Assembly: GCA_964016885.1 (NCBI GenBank)
Contig: OZ024742.1
Coordinates: 149,420,001-149,484,000, forward strand
From: Eledone cirrhosa
Lineage: Eukaryota
Direction of reading: 5' to 3'
Length of the DNA stretch: 64,000 bases
The notes beneath the pieces were generated by a model, which saw only the letters and a program-made list of their open reading frames with translations, made no database searches and was not told the DNA's origin. This document shows, piece after piece, positions 42,705-56,859 of the stretch; the first letter of the stretch is position 1; every line of letters begins with the position of its first letter. The position numbers and the translations under genes were made by a program.

Positions 42705-43140
42705 GATGGTAGCGTTTATTGGGAGTGTGGTGGCGGCGGGGTTGGTGATACTGTTGGCGGTGCTGGTAGTGGTGGTTGTGTCGGTGGCGATGGTGTTGGT
42801 AGTGATGGTGTTGGTATTGGTGGAGGTGGCGGTGTTGTTGTTGGTGCTGGCAGCGGTGATGTTGGTGGTAGTAGCGGTGACGGCGTTGGTGTTGATGGTG
42901 CTGGTGCTGATGGTAGTGGTGGTGGCGACGGTGTTGGTAGTGATGGTGTTGATGTTGACGGTGGGGGCGGTGTTGTTGTTGGTGCTGGCAGCAGTGACGT
43001 TGGTGGTAGTAGTGGTGACGGTGTTGGTGTCGATGGTGCTGGTAGTTGTGGTGGTGGCGACGGTGTTGATAGTGATGGTATTGGTGGTGGCGATGGTGGC
43101 GGTGTTGTTGTTGTTGTTGGTGGTATAGTAGTGGTGTTGG
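42705..43140. repeat. (GTG/GTT)n low-complexity tract
   Basis: Directly visible. Explains the Val-rich ORF. Confidence 0.85.
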
Positions 43141-43734
43141 TGGGGTTAATTTCTTGCTTGTAAATTTTCCTTTTTCCTTAGGCTCCTTAAAAACCAGTCG
43201 TTATCATCTCAATATTCAAATAGTGAGTATTTAGAAGATAGAGCCACTACATACAAGCTGAAAATGATGATTATTATGAAAGTTAACTTTGCCTTTCATC
43301 CTTAAAACAAAGTACCAGTAATGCACTGGGTAACTGCTGGCCTTGTGCCAAAAGTAGAAACAATTATGATAATGATTATGGTGGTGGTGTGAGGAATAGA
43401 CGCGACGATGAAGTTGATGGCAGTAGTGGAGATGATGATGATAATGATGATGATGATGATGGTTGTGATGATAATGATGATGGTTGTGATGATAATGATG
43501 ATGATGATGACGACGACGATTATGATGACAATTACTTACTACACGGACGTGATTCAATATCTGCTGAACTGACAGTAGATGAATGCATTTGTTTTAGTTC
43601 CTGGTAGATCAATTGGCTTAAGGTTACTTAAAATTGTTTGTTGCTATTGCTGTTTAGTCTCTGACCAGTCATGAAAGATCAAGCTTATAATCAAAAGTAT
43701 TCCAACAATGATTAACTGTTTTGTTTTTTCCTAA

Positions 43735-44190
43735 TCAGGTCACCCTCGAGCGCTACTGGTCACATGTAACACAATACAATATGTTCGGATCATCGGTGAC
43801 TAAACCGGTAACCCCACCAAACCTGATTGGTGAGGAGGGTGATAGGAAAAGCCTGTCAAATACATATGTGCAAGCATGTATAATCATGTATACTTGTACA
43901 TATATGATTAATTATCATGTTCCAGTGGAGTGGCTTGTATGCTCTTTCAATCCGGAGGGCTATATTGGCAGGGGTCTAACTCCAGATAAGTCCCACTATG
44001 CCAGACAGTCTGACGGGTAGGAGCCTGACTAAACCTTAATCTCTAGAGGAGTAAACTTTAATGAAAAAAGCCCCACCAAGGGGTGGCAGCGTTGTGAATA
44101 AGTGACACCAGCGGAGGAACTGGAGTTTAGTCAACGACTATTCATACCAGATGCTGAACGGAAGGACTTCATGTCAACGGTCAGGACAAA
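43735..44190 (+). mobile_element. RTE-like 5' UTR fragment, related to 49592-49790
   Basis: Shares TCAGGTCACC..GCTACTGG..GACTAAAC.GG.AACCCCACCAA..TTGGTGAGGAGGGTGA and GAGGA(A/G)CT...GTCAA.G with the 49.6-kb element. Confidence 0.55.
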
Positions 44191-45156
44191 AAAAAAGAAA
44201 TTCATTAAGTGAAATATTGTACGTGCAGTGCCAGTTGCATACGAAACTCATTTGGGGCTACGCTACCTAATATCATTTTTTTTAAAGAGTAGGGCTCATT
44301 TAGCTGCCATGACCTTGCCGTTTTCCTTTTTGTATTCCTTGAGTCACATTGCCCAATATGTTTTTACTTTTCTAAGACGGTGGTGTGTGGTTTGAGGGAG
44401 ATTTGGCTGCTGTTTCTAACTGGTCGAGAGCCCATGTAGAGTCTCGTTCCTTTGCTAGAATAGTGCCCAATGATGTCATTAGTGTTGATGGTAGATTGGC
44501 ATTCTCGGTTGTGCGTCAGGCAACATGCTTTGCGGCGTATAGTTACGGTCCTTTACATTCTGAGTTCAAATCTAGCCGAGGTTAGCTTTGCCTTTGGTCC
44601 TTACGGGAGTCAATAAAATAAAGCACCAGTAACTTACTGGAGTCGATTTAATCAACTTTCCCTTTCCTCTCAAATTGTTGACCTTGTGCCTGAATCAGAA
44701 ACCATTATTGTTTAACACCAAAGTAATCCTTTTTGAGCAACCATTTTTTTTTTCGCATATAGTGTATTTACGACAGAATATACGCAAATATAATCTTTCA
44801 CTTGAACAAGGAAAAAATGCTTCCCAAGTTTTAGTTTCACTAAATTACATCTATATCGTGTATATGACCATTTACACAATTACACAATTACATCTATATC
44901 GTGTATATGACCATTTACAGATTTTAATAAAATTGGAGGAGGGAGGCAAGAACAAAGAGAAGGAAAAGGAGAGGAGAAAATTTTAAGTGATTATATTTCA
45001 TTACATGACAGTTTCATGCAGCGGAATGTTGCACCATTATGTTTACGTTGGAGTTAAGGCAATTGACAGTCTTAGTTAATGTATCACTTCAGCAGAACTG
45101 TGAATCATACTTCCTCGTGGTGATGATGATGATGATGATGACGATGATGACGACGA

Positions 45157-45222
<66 letters not shown>

Positions 45223-46067
45223 TGATGATGATGATGATGATGATAACGTCTTTGACGATGAGCATGACCACGATTATCCTCATCATTACCATCGTCCTGG
45301 TGTTACTAGTAACAGTATCAATTCTCCATACTTCAATGAAGTAAATGAAAACACGAACACCTGCAATTTCCTGTAATCATCATAAGGTCAGATCTTGACT
45401 CGACCTCAGACGTCTTACTATAACATCAATTTTCCTTTTGTCAATTTCATTTAGATTTACTTACACGAACTGTCACTATTATTGTTTTATTTCTGGCGAA
45501 CGTCTTCCAGAGAAGTTAGTTAGCAAGCGTCTCTTAAGTAGATTTCGGGATTTGGTTTCGATTCCAAATTGAAGTTCATTTTTGTAATGTTCACGTATTA
45601 TGCGCGATCATAACAATAATAACAAAATCTCATTCCTTTGTCTAATAATTTTCTGGCCTTGAATATAAGAAATCATTATACAGTAGATATGGCAAAAACG
45701 GTAGAGAACTGGATTGAATGTTTTATAGTATTTAGCTTCACCTTTCTTATTCTATAGTCAATATTACCTTATATGTATTTGAAGGCTAGTCACGTATATG
45801 GCTTGATTCAATAAATTATTCTTTTTCCTTCTACAAACGTTATTTTTTACTGAGCGGGAGATTGGTAGTTATCGGGAAATATGTTTTACGGTATTTAGTT
45901 ACGGTATTTTGTCAATTTTGAGTTTCATTTGTCTGGGGTCGATAAAACAAAGTACTAGTCAATTACTGGGGGGTGGGGGTGGGGGGTCGACTTTACTTTC
46001 TACTTCTACTAAATTACTGGTCTTGTGCCAATGTAAAAAAAAATTATTACTGCCTTATTTATGCTTT

Positions 46068-46290
46068 AGCTTTATTGGCTCCATGAAGCGTCAACTAAAT
46101 ACAGAATGCAAGAACGCTTCCATAAACCAACACCTCCGAGCGGAGATTTCCAACATCAAGAATGCGGTAGATCTATAACAACAAAAATATTCGCGGAAAA
46201 CAAAGACGCGATAAACCTTCGAATTGCAGAGGCAAATTTCATTGGGAAACGGGAACCTAACCTAAAGCATCGGAGTGATATGGATTTGTG
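46068..46290 (+). pseudogene. PLE GIY-YIG endonuclease C-terminal fragment
   Basis: FIGSMKRQL (YIG-x-T-x-R-x-L motif), SINQHL, KIFAENKDAINLRIAEANFIGKREPNL. Frameshifted. Confidence 0.7.
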
Positions 46291-47186
46291 GAAACACGTT
46301 TTCACACACTCAGGCCGGTCACAGAATTTCCAAGTCAAGAATGGAAACAACTACGTAGCCATTCAAATAATGTTAATTTTATTTATCGTACCCATTTCAT
46401 CAACCCTCTCTGTTTCATCTTATCTGAACCAAACTCTCTCTTTCCACTTCCACTCCACCTACACGCACCTCATTCATCCCAGCCTCTTCACCTAAACGAA
46501 CAATAAAAAGTAAAACGTTCGCCGTTTTGAAACAAGTTTATCTCGTTTTATTTTGTTTTCTTTCAACTAATTTCAGTCAACTCTTACCTCACGTGAACTC
46601 CTCTTACCTCACTTCTACTTGATAACACCCTCTCTTCTCTCCCACCCTTACTTGCTTACATAACAGTGCCTTGAATCGCACGTAACTACAACGGCTACAA
46701 AAATAAAAAAAATATGTTGCTTCAGATACACCATAAGTATATATATATATAATAAATACGCAAGAATGATGAAGACATTTAAAAACATTTGATTAGATAC
46801 ACACGTGTTTCACAAGAGAAATATGAAATAAGAAAATGATAAGAATTTCGTTTAAGCTATATTCTTATTATATAGAAATAATATATATTCCGTAAACTGA
46901 GCATTAAATTAATTTATCTTAACACCTAGTTTCACATTATTCGTGTATCTTCAGAGACTTGAATACAAAAATGTGGGAGCATGAAATCTGGAGAAAAGGA
47001 ACCGAGCATCACAACAACATTATGATAGCTGAAAAAATTCAGTATTATTATGTCTTAGATGTCTTCATCATTCTTGTGAAGGTAAATGCTCTGTGCACCT
47101 GCATTCGTATAACAAGCCGGATTGTTTTACCCACAGTTTAATATTTGAAGATTACACCTTGGATGAATAGATTCGTTCTTTTAACT

Positions 47187-47520
47187 CAGAGGTTCTCAAA
47201 GTGGGCGCTACCGCCCCGGGGGCGTTGGGAAGGTCCATGGGGCGCTGGGGCCTAAGAGGGATGTGGAGGTGGGGTAGTGATGATATAATTATATATCAAA
47301 TATCAAATGATATATATATAAATATAGTAAAATAAAAAAATATATAATATTTATTTATATAAAGTATATATTATATTATTTATTATATATAAATTAACAA
47401 TTTTCTTATATATTATTTACAATTTGCGTGTAGGCAGGCCACTCGGGAAAGGGGTGGGGGCGCTAAGAGTATTACGTGGCCGTGAGAGGGGCGGTAGCCC
47501 AAAGAGCTTGAGAACCTCTG
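47187..47520. mobile_element. hAT-type MITE
   Basis: 13-bp perfect TIR CAGAGGTTCTCAA / TTGAGAACCTCTG, GGGGCG subterminal repeats and an AT-rich core. TSD not evident. Confidence 0.78.
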
Positions 47521-47656
47521 TTCACATTGAGCTTGAAAATGTTCCTCATGCACACACGTATGCAAATCTCACGGTGGTTGAGCTGAGGTCATTGGTAAAA
47601 TGTATGTGAACTAACAGTGTCGCTCGTTAATATAACTCGCTAATAGGTTCGAAAAG

Positions 47657-47953
47657 TTAATGACGTACAACATGGCTCCTTCTTGTTGTTGCCCTGAGAA
47701 CTGATGCTGTCGTTCTTAACGGGATAGATACACCAATGATTAGTGTAGAAAATGATGATGTACGGTCAGTCTGGTCGAGAAAAGCAAAGTTACCAGAACA
47801 ACCAATAAGGCAAGTATGGAAATTACTAGCAAGCTTCCACCGACCCGATGAACGACCCAATTTCTTTACTTCAATCTTTTTTCTGAAAGTAACGAAACTT
47901 ATCACTTTTTCATAGATATTGTTGTCAAGCACATACGTTTCAAAATATTTCAC
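47657..47953 (-). CDS. Candidate host terminal coding exon of unknown function
   Basis: Acceptor-like TTTCTCATACAG| followed by 98 open codons of non-repetitive sequence to a stop. The other two phases stop within a few codons. No family recognised. Confidence 0.25.
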   Translation of the reverse strand: MKYFETYVLDNNIYEKVISFVTFRKKIEVKKLGRSSGRWKLASNFHTCLIGCSGNFAFLDQTDRTSSFSTLIIGVSIPLRTTASVLRATTRRSHVVRH

Positions 47954-49184
47954 CTGTATGAGAAATAGATATTTCATTTTTCTACGAGTAAAGACTCGTG
48001 GGTTAGTGGTTAGGGTGGTAAGTTCATGATCCTAAGGTCGTGAGTTCGATTCCCGATTGAGATTAATTCTTATTTAGTGCACAACCACAGAATTCTAAGT
48101 CTTATATGGGACTTAAGTGAGAGAGTGAAAGGAACTAGTTTGAACTGAAAACCGAAACCAAATTGCAGGCATTTTCACCAGAAGCTTACCTGTATTCCAC
48201 GACTCTCGCTATTTTCTTTGGTATAATAAGAATATAAAGATTTCTTTTTTGCTTCTATTTGTGTGTGATTAGGCTAGGCTGACATAATGAAGAAGCCAAA
48301 TTCTTTGTTACTTTGAGGTGTGAAAATAAAGAAAAATATAATAGTAAAATAGCAACAAATATTTGACCCAAATATCTTGACTGCAGAATATGAATTTTCA
48401 AAGCCAGTTCGTACAATAAACATAAAACTGTTGTCGAAACTTTACAAGAGGTTTGTTAATCCACAGTAAACCTAAAATAACAGAATGGAATTCTAAAAAA
48501 GCTCATTTCTGACGTAAGCCGTTCTTTCCTTCATATCTTATCTTAGTTCTCAGACAGGTTTAATACTTATATTGACTCCTGTTTCTCCTCTGCCTAAAAC
48601 CATTTCAAAGGAGACAGGAATTCATACATTCCGAGAACACTTTTCTCCCCGCGTACACAATGTTCCTTTATTTCATTTATTTGTGGATGAATGTGTATGA
48701 GTCTCTGTGTGTGTATGTATGTATGTATGTATGTATGTATGTATGTATGTATGTATGTATGTATGTATGTGTGTGTGCGCGTGCGTGTCACGCGTGTGTA
48801 TATATACCTGTCTATGTCCACGGTTGTGTTTTTTATGGTTTTACGCCATGCCACACCAATTTAATAGTTGGTATTTAGATTAAAGAACAATGTATTTACG
48901 TTTTGTTATTAATACTGTTGCTGCCAACGGTTGCTATTTGCTTGGTCACCAAGCTCTATTCTGTCCCTTGCAGTACATGTTTAAATAGCTTATGATTGAG
49001 CTTTCGACTTTATCCATGCCATTGGCAAGTTTGTCTTTGTTTAATCATCATCGGATATTTTGGAATGCTGACTATATTTATTTTTGAAATAATCTTTATA
49101 AATCTAAAATTTTCTAACTTCCCTTTTATCCCCTTCTTTTCCCCTTTAATCTACTACCACACAACAACAACAACAACAACAACA

Positions 49185-49263
<79 letters not shown>

Positions 49264-49591
49264 TATTTTTGTCTATTATTTATTCGCATTTATAATTTGA
49301 TGAATAGCTCTAATTAAATGATTATTTTAGTTCTTTTGATTATTTTAACTCTTTCGGTCATTGAGCAAAACTGGTCAAGGCGGACACCACATACATATAT
49401 ACCTATGTATATGTGTGTGTATCTCATTACTATATATATATATATATACACATACATATGTATATATGTATATAAATATATATATATACACATACATATA
49501 TGTATATATGTATATAAATATATGTATATATATATATATACACATACATATATGTATATATATATGTATATATATATATATATATATATTA

Positions 49592-50225
49592 TGTCAGGTC
49601 ACCAGTTGGTGCTACTGGGATACATGTTACCAGTACAACCTGTCTCATGGTCGGGTCGTTGGCGACTAAACTGGCAACCCCACCAAGGTTTCTTGGTGAG
49701 GAGGGTGACTTTGGACATCCTGCAGGACTAAAAACAAAACCTGTCAAAGGGCAAAGGAGCTCTTAAGAGTCAATGGCCATCCAAAATCACCGGGAGAGAT
49801 GACCCCTTAGCCTTTGTCAAGGCAGAATTCTAGGAGAAGGAAAACTCTGATATAACACCTGCAACCCTGATGGTATCCAATGATGTTGACTTGTTCTTCT
49901 TTTTGGTAAATATCATCTTGGTTAAGAGAGTGGGACTGGCTTTGTGCAGTGCCTTTGCTCACTATAAAAGCTTCACGGCACAGGCATTGCTTTATATCTG
50001 GAGATCTCTCTGCACTTGTCCTCACATGGGCCCAGCACTATGTGTCAATGGTTGTCCTACCATGGGCCCAGCACTATGTGTCAATAATTGTCACAAGTGT
50101 AGTGTTTGTACCAGAGGTTTCAAGTCGCTGGCTGGACTAAAAAGTCACACTCGTTCAGCGCTTCGGTAGGGGTTATCCTACATGGATGTAAAGTAGTGGC
50201 CGTACTCGAAAACGAGTTGGCAGCC

Positions 50226-50230
<5 letters not shown>
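49592..50230 (+). mobile_element. Internally deleted, non-autonomous RTE derivative
   Basis: RTE-like 5' UTR joined to the C-terminal motif [19 protein letters not shown] and a 3' stem-loop ACTCGAAAACGAGT. Flanked by (TA)n on both sides. Confidence 0.6.
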
Positions 50231-50298
<68 letters not shown>

Positions 50299-50335
50299 AT
50301 CGGGTTCAATCGGGGGTAACCATAGTAAGTAAGTT

Positions 50336-50401
<66 letters not shown>

Positions 50402-51187
50402 TACACATATAAGAAAGGAAATGGTAAGAGTCACTCGGCTCACTTTCTCTTTAAGAGCCGACGAATTGGCAGATTCGTTAGAACGTCGGATATAATACTA
50501 CCGGCTCTCTGCGCACTGAGTTCAAATCACGCTGAGGTCAACTTTTCGGGGTTAATAAAAAAAAATACCAGTTCTGTACTGAGGTCGATTCTTCTTCTAT
50601 ATCTTTTTTTCTTATTTCTACTCTCTTCTCTTGAAGAAATCGGCTGTTATCAGATCGGGAAAGTTGATGGGCTCCGCCAGGTATAAAAGTTCCCAAGGCA
50701 CACTATATATCACTACGCCGCCCCTACGACTCATTCGAGAATTACGGGTCCATACATACATTTGCTTTTAAGAATGAGAAAACATAGACCCCCACGGATC
50801 TAAACAGATACGGTGCAATGTCTATCATTTATGAGTGGAGTATGTATGGCGAAATATTCGCTTCGCAATGGAGTTCGATCCTATTGCACGGCACTTTAGT
50901 CATGTGTCTCCTACCATAGATTTGGGTCTACCCAAGTCTTGGGAAGTGTTACATTCGTTCAGTAGAAACTGCGCGGACATCCGTCAGATAGATTGTATCT
51001 GAAATTCAGAGCTGATTATACTCGCTTATTACATTAATGTCATAAGTATTAATAGAATACTCATCTACTTACATCATCATTTGATCAAACAACTGGAACA
51101 CTCAGTATTGTAACCATCAGGAGGTGTGTTTACTTATGAGCGAGTAGAACGGAGTGTACACGCCAAAGAGAAATAGATAACAATAAT

Positions 51188-51371
51188 TGTTTCTACTTTA
51201 GGCACAAGGCCAGCAATTACCCAGTGCATTACTGGTACTTTATTTTATCGACCCCGTAAGGATGAAAGGCAAAGTCAACCTCGGCGGGATTTGAACTCAG
51301 ATCGTAAAGGGACGTAACTATGCTGGAAAGCATGGCGTCCGACCCTCTACCGATACTGCCAATCCACCGCC
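51188..51371 (-). mobile_element. Young SINE family A with TSD
   Basis: Full length. 14-bp TSD TAGATAACAATAAT at 51174-51187 and 51374-51387. Confidence 0.92.
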
Positions 51372-51869
51372 CTTAGATAACAATAATGAACCCTAACACC
51401 GCGACCAGGGCTGTAACAACAATGATCCAGAGCATAATAATGAAAAGAACCATTAGATAAGACCAAACTGCTTTATTTTTAGTTCTGTGAATATGATCGC
51501 GTTCTCCATAACCATCTTCGTTTTTTGTACCACCTAGGCGAACTGACGTCACAGTGTATGTGAATGTATTTTAATTCATAACCACTGAATCTATAGCCAG
51601 AGGGTCACCTGATCTTAAGAAAGTGGTATGATAATTGATTAATTTTATTTTCCATTGCTTGCTTAAATGGTAATGAATACGAAACAACAGCAACATCATC
51701 GTCCTCCTCCGCAACAGCATCAGTATCAGCATCAGCATCAGCATCAGTAGCAATAATAGAAGAAGAAGAAGAAGAAGAAGAAGAAGAAGAAGAAGAAGAA
51801 GAAGAAGAAGAAGGAACTATAGCAACAGCAACAGCAGTAGAAATAACAAGTTTTGAAATCAGTATCACC

Positions 51870-52275
51870 TTCACAGCTGACATGGGCCGAAGAATCGAGC
51901 CATTTGAGCACAAGTGCCTCAGTAGGTTGCTACATATCCCATGATGCCCGGAACACAAAATAAACAGCATTGTCAGGCAGCAAGTTAACACATTTGCTGG
52001 CAGACAGGAACCACTTCTTGCGATAGTGAAAAGACGGAGGCTTGCTTGGTATGGTCATATATTCCACCACAACTCCTTGTCCCAAACCATCCTTCAGGGC
52101 ACAGTTGAGGGAAGGCGAAGAAGAGGCAGAAAAAGAAAATCCTGGTCTGACAACATCAAAGATTCGACTGGTCACAACACTGAGACCTTTCTACATATGA
52201 CGGAGATTAGAGACCAGAGGTCTAGAGTGGCACCCTAGCGACTGGCTGCACCAGTTGCAAGAACATGATCATGAT
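51870..52275 (+). mobile_element. RTE-clade LINE 3' fragment
   Basis: FEHKCLSRLLHI, KRRRLAWYGHI, ILQGTVEGRRRRGRKRKSWSDNIK. Confidence 0.85.
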
Positions 52276-52294
52276 CAACTTCATGATTAATAAT

Positions 52295-52475
52295 ATTTGT
52301 TTCTACTTTTGGCACAAGGCCAGCAATTACCCCAGTGCATTACTGGTACTTTATTTTATCGACCCCGTAAGGATGAAAAGCAAAATTAACTTCGGCTAGA
52401 TTTGAACTCAGAATGTAAAGGGCCATAACTCTATGCTGCAAAGCATGGTGTCTGGCGCTCTACCGATACTGCCTC
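52295..52475 (-). mobile_element. SINE family A
   Basis: Tail, core and B box are recognisable. Confidence 0.85.
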
Positions 52476-52655
52476 TACATTCAATGCTACGAAATACTTG
52501 AATTTAAGTGAAAATTAAGAAACATTTCTGTAACAAGAAACCCTCTCAAAAATGCCAGAAAACTAAAGAAGCATAAATCTTTAAAATTATCACATTACTA
52601 TCAGATGTAAAATGTTAGATTAATGTATGTATGTATGTATGTATGTATGTATGTA

Positions 52656-52732
<77 letters not shown>

Positions 52733-52849
52733 CTATATGCACACATTTACAATCATGGTGGGTGTTCTATAAATAATGCGTATTTATAATTATAGCCATG
52801 TTTAAATACCTACTTACGGGATAAATATGCATATGTATATGTATATGTT

Positions 52850-52884
<35 letters not shown>

Positions 52885-52929
52885 AAAGTTATCTCGAATA
52901 TCGAGTTTGAAGCACGAGCATATTAATCT

Positions 52930-53840
52930 GGTGCAAGGAAAAGATAAGATCAGATGATGTCGAAATGAACATTTCAGCGAAGTTGATCCAGAGCTTTTTG
53001 AAACCATCAAGTCCAAACACATCCATGGACCATGTGGAGTCATCAATCCATTTTCACCCTGCATACAAGATCAAAAATGCAGCAAATATTATCATAGAGC
53101 TTTTATTTAGAAAACTCAGACTGACAGTAATGGAGATCCCCTTTATTGTAGGCGTGGACCAGAACATGGAGGGAATACTGCAAACTCTTCTGCCATTCAA
53201 TAGTGGCAATAAACTCACCAAATATTCTTCCTTCTATGAGCCAGAAGAAGTTTTGCTTTTCATGAAAAACCCGAGCAAGGAGGTCATGTCAATCTTTCGG
53301 TTTCTGAGTTGGAAATAGTTCATTGGATATTTCTGTCCAGCTGAATTGCATGTAAATGTAAGGAAGAAATCCGGCCGACCAAATTTTTTGACATATACCA
53401 TTGCATCTTGCGTATGTTCATGAATGGAATGCAGTCCTTCCTGAAAGCTTCATGGCAATATGACTGGCAGGCCAATATTTTTTCGCTCACCATCAGAATT
53501 GGTGGATGTAGTTGTTTTCTCTCAACTTATTTTGATCAATTCTCAGGAAACCTAATCTTTCTCTTTCAATTTTGGCATACATGTCCACCATGAACGGGCT
53601 GGTTACTTCTTTGAATCACAGAACTTGGTTGAAGCAATACCGTGCTATAAAATGATAGGCATAGAATTTTTTGCAGCTAATTGAGTGGCCCGTTTCTTGT
53701 CTTGTTCCTGGGTTGATCTGTCGTAGCTGAAAATGATATCCATCTTGACCATTCCAGAAGATGAGCGGATATTGGTATGAGTCATAGGCCCCATGAATTT
53801 CACATATTCGTTCCAAATGGTGTAGCTAGTTTTAGACATA
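52930..53840 (-). pseudogene. Helitron Rep (HUH endonuclease) domain fragment
   Basis: YDSYQYPLIFWNGQDGYH, KFYAYH, VDMYAKIE, FGRPDFFLTFTCN, RVFHEK, EWQK. Multiple frameshifts. Confidence 0.88.
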
Positions 53841-54396
53841 TGTAGAAAATGTTAGGATTTCAGAATGTATTGGGTTGTCAGATGAATTCGATTGTTTCCT
53901 TTTTTTTTAAAAAACAATTAAGAACTAGGATAAGAATATTTGTGTTAATTCACATAACATTGGAAAAATAACGAATAAATATATCTGACAACATAATACA
54001 TATATGTTTTTCTGTTTTTTTTTCTGTTCACATTCTAGCTGTCTGATGAGGTCATAACTGTTACATATCCAGCGACTATGAATAAACAAAACATACTCGG
54101 ATTAATATATATAATTATATATATATATATATAATTATATGACATAAGGAAACATTTGTAAAAGAGATATGAATTTGGTAGTCGCCCAGTACCATTTCCC
54201 TAGCGTTGTATTTTTCGTATATGCTTTAGAAGCTGTAGGTAAGGTTAAATATACGTCAATTAAGCTAAGATTCGCCCAAACTTGACAGATAACCTATACA
54301 TTCATAAAAACACACACACGCACACACACGCACACACACACACACGCACGCACATGCCCCCCCCCCACACACACATAGAGAAAAATGGTTTTCTCA

Positions 54397-54468
<72 letters not shown>

Positions 54469-55618
54469 TACGCTCAACCTGAACGTCTGACAGCGGAATA
54501 ACGAACATAAAATTAAATAAGATACTTATGCTTCTTAAGTAACTTGTTTGTTTATAGATAAAGTAGCATTTGAAAGCCTCGAGTTTGTAAACCAACCGTG
54601 CAACTGTTGGAATTTATTACATAATTCAGTGTTGATTTTAAAATACACGTCCACTCCCAATTTCGTATATGCCCGCAGTACTACAAAATAGCATATCATT
54701 TACTTGCTCTCGGTAAAAGAAAGGTTAAACCGAAACGTGAAAAATCGTGTGCTCCGCCTAGCAATACAACGAAACATTTGCCAAAACGGATTTGGATTCA
54801 CGTTTCAGGATCTGGTAGTAGTTCAATGCCACGTTTCTAGCTAAATAATGTCTCTCTATGCTTTAGAAGCTCTATTTGGGGTTAATTTTAAGTCAAATAA
54901 GCTAAGATTTGTACAAAATGGAACAATAACCGATATGCATTGCCTTCGAGAAAAGTTTATTTACGGGTAGGGGCGTTAAATATTCAGGGCTCCTTCCTTG
55001 TTCCCAAACCCGGATCCTGGAGCAATATATTAGCTAAACCCCTCTAATAGATCCAGCCAATATGAATAGCAATGCTAACCAATTCGTTACTATATTCCTA
55101 ATGAAATACAATATATCTGAAGTAATTAATGAAAAATGTTAAGTATCTCACTATCAAGATGGTATTTGTAACGTAACCTAATATACTTATATCAAGTTAT
55201 GAGCGAATTTTAATTTATATAAGAACCCTTTAAACTAAACTAATTTGATTCATAGAACCAAGGGCTGTTCCTGGCGTCTTGTTATCAAAAGGGTGAAGCA
55301 CGTAGTAACGTGATAATTTGACCTTTTACAATTAGCAGCCTAATCTCCCTCAAAACACATCTACAACCCCCCCCCCCCCAAAAAAAAAACAGATGGACAA
55401 GATTGGAAAATCTTTCATCATACACCATGTGCAGACTTTGGCTAAATAATGGCAATAACAATAACATACATAAAACTAGACACAGCTTTATGTATATATC
55501 ATAAATTAAACAAATCAGTCGATTGTTAAAAATTTTCAAGACATAATTTACTAGTAGCCAATGAGAAAGCCCAGAGAAACAGCAGCAGATTTTTCTCATA
55601 TTATTACACTCTATCTAA

Positions 55619-55802
55619 GGCGGTGGATTGGCAGTATCGGTAGAGGGTCGGACGCCATGCTTTCCAGCATAGTTACGTCCCTTTACGATCTGAGTTCAAA
55701 TCCCGCTGAGGTTGACTTTGCCTTTCATCCTTACGGGGTCGATAAAATAAAGTACCAGTAATGCACTGGTTAATTGCTGGCCTTGTGCCAAAAGTAGAAA
55801 CA
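55619..55802 (+). mobile_element. Young SINE family A with TSD
   Basis: Full length. Flanks ATTATTACACTCTATC / ATTATTTCACTCTATC. Confidence 0.92.
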
Positions 55803-56817
55803 ATTATTTCACTCTATCATTTTATAATAAGGAAAGTTATATTAAATAATATAGTCGAGGTTATGTATGTTTTTATGTATCTGTAACTCCGAGAGGAGTC
55901 GTTGTGACATACAGCGTATCGTAGGTAATTTTTACATCTGGCAGAGCCCATCTTCTTTTCAGGTCTGAACATGGTCGATTTCTCCCACAGAAAGAAAACG
56001 AATGAGAAAAAGGAAATGAGAAAGATATTTACAGGAAGAATCGACCCTAATACTGGACTAGTACTTGGTTATTGACCTCGATGGGATGAAAAGCAAATGA
56101 TACAATCGTTGACAAAAGATTAGTTGATCGTGGTGGTTTGAATGCTTTTCATTATAAGGACTGCTTGGTCAGGATTTACCAAGTGTGTGTAATCAAGAAG
56201 AACAAACAATATGTACGGAACTAATACAAACAAACAAACAAACAACAACGGGGTATCATCTCTATCTCCTAAAAGATATAACAAATTAAAACCGCCATAA
56301 AGTTCTTATGTTGTGAGTGTTGGCAGAGTCGTGAGAAATGTTTACAGTATTCGTTCCGGTTCCCTGTGCTCTGAGGCCGAAAGCGCTAATTTACATTCGT
56401 GCCCACATTTTAAAAAAAGGGTGGTAACTCAGGTTGTTTGATTTGTTTCGTCAAAATTCCTACACGTTGTTTCCCTCGATTGCAAAAATGATAGAAAGAT
56501 AAAATACGGCTGAAAAGTTGGGGTAAAAAAATCAGAAAGATTTCACTTAGGTGACTTAGGCGAGCCATTCAGAAAGTTTCGTGGGCTTCAGGTTGCCCAT
56601 GACTGCCCTAGAGTTGAATAACAATAATATGATACCATTTATTGTTGATGGAATACAGTTTAATGACAAGGCTCGGGCCTAATATGCTACACACACATAC
56701 ATATACACATATCTGCATACATAAATACATACATACATGCATATACACATATCTGCATACATACATGCATACATACATATACATCCATTCACACATACGC
56801 GTACACACGCATATATG

Positions 56818-56857
<40 letters not shown>

Positions 56858-56859
<2 letters not shown>

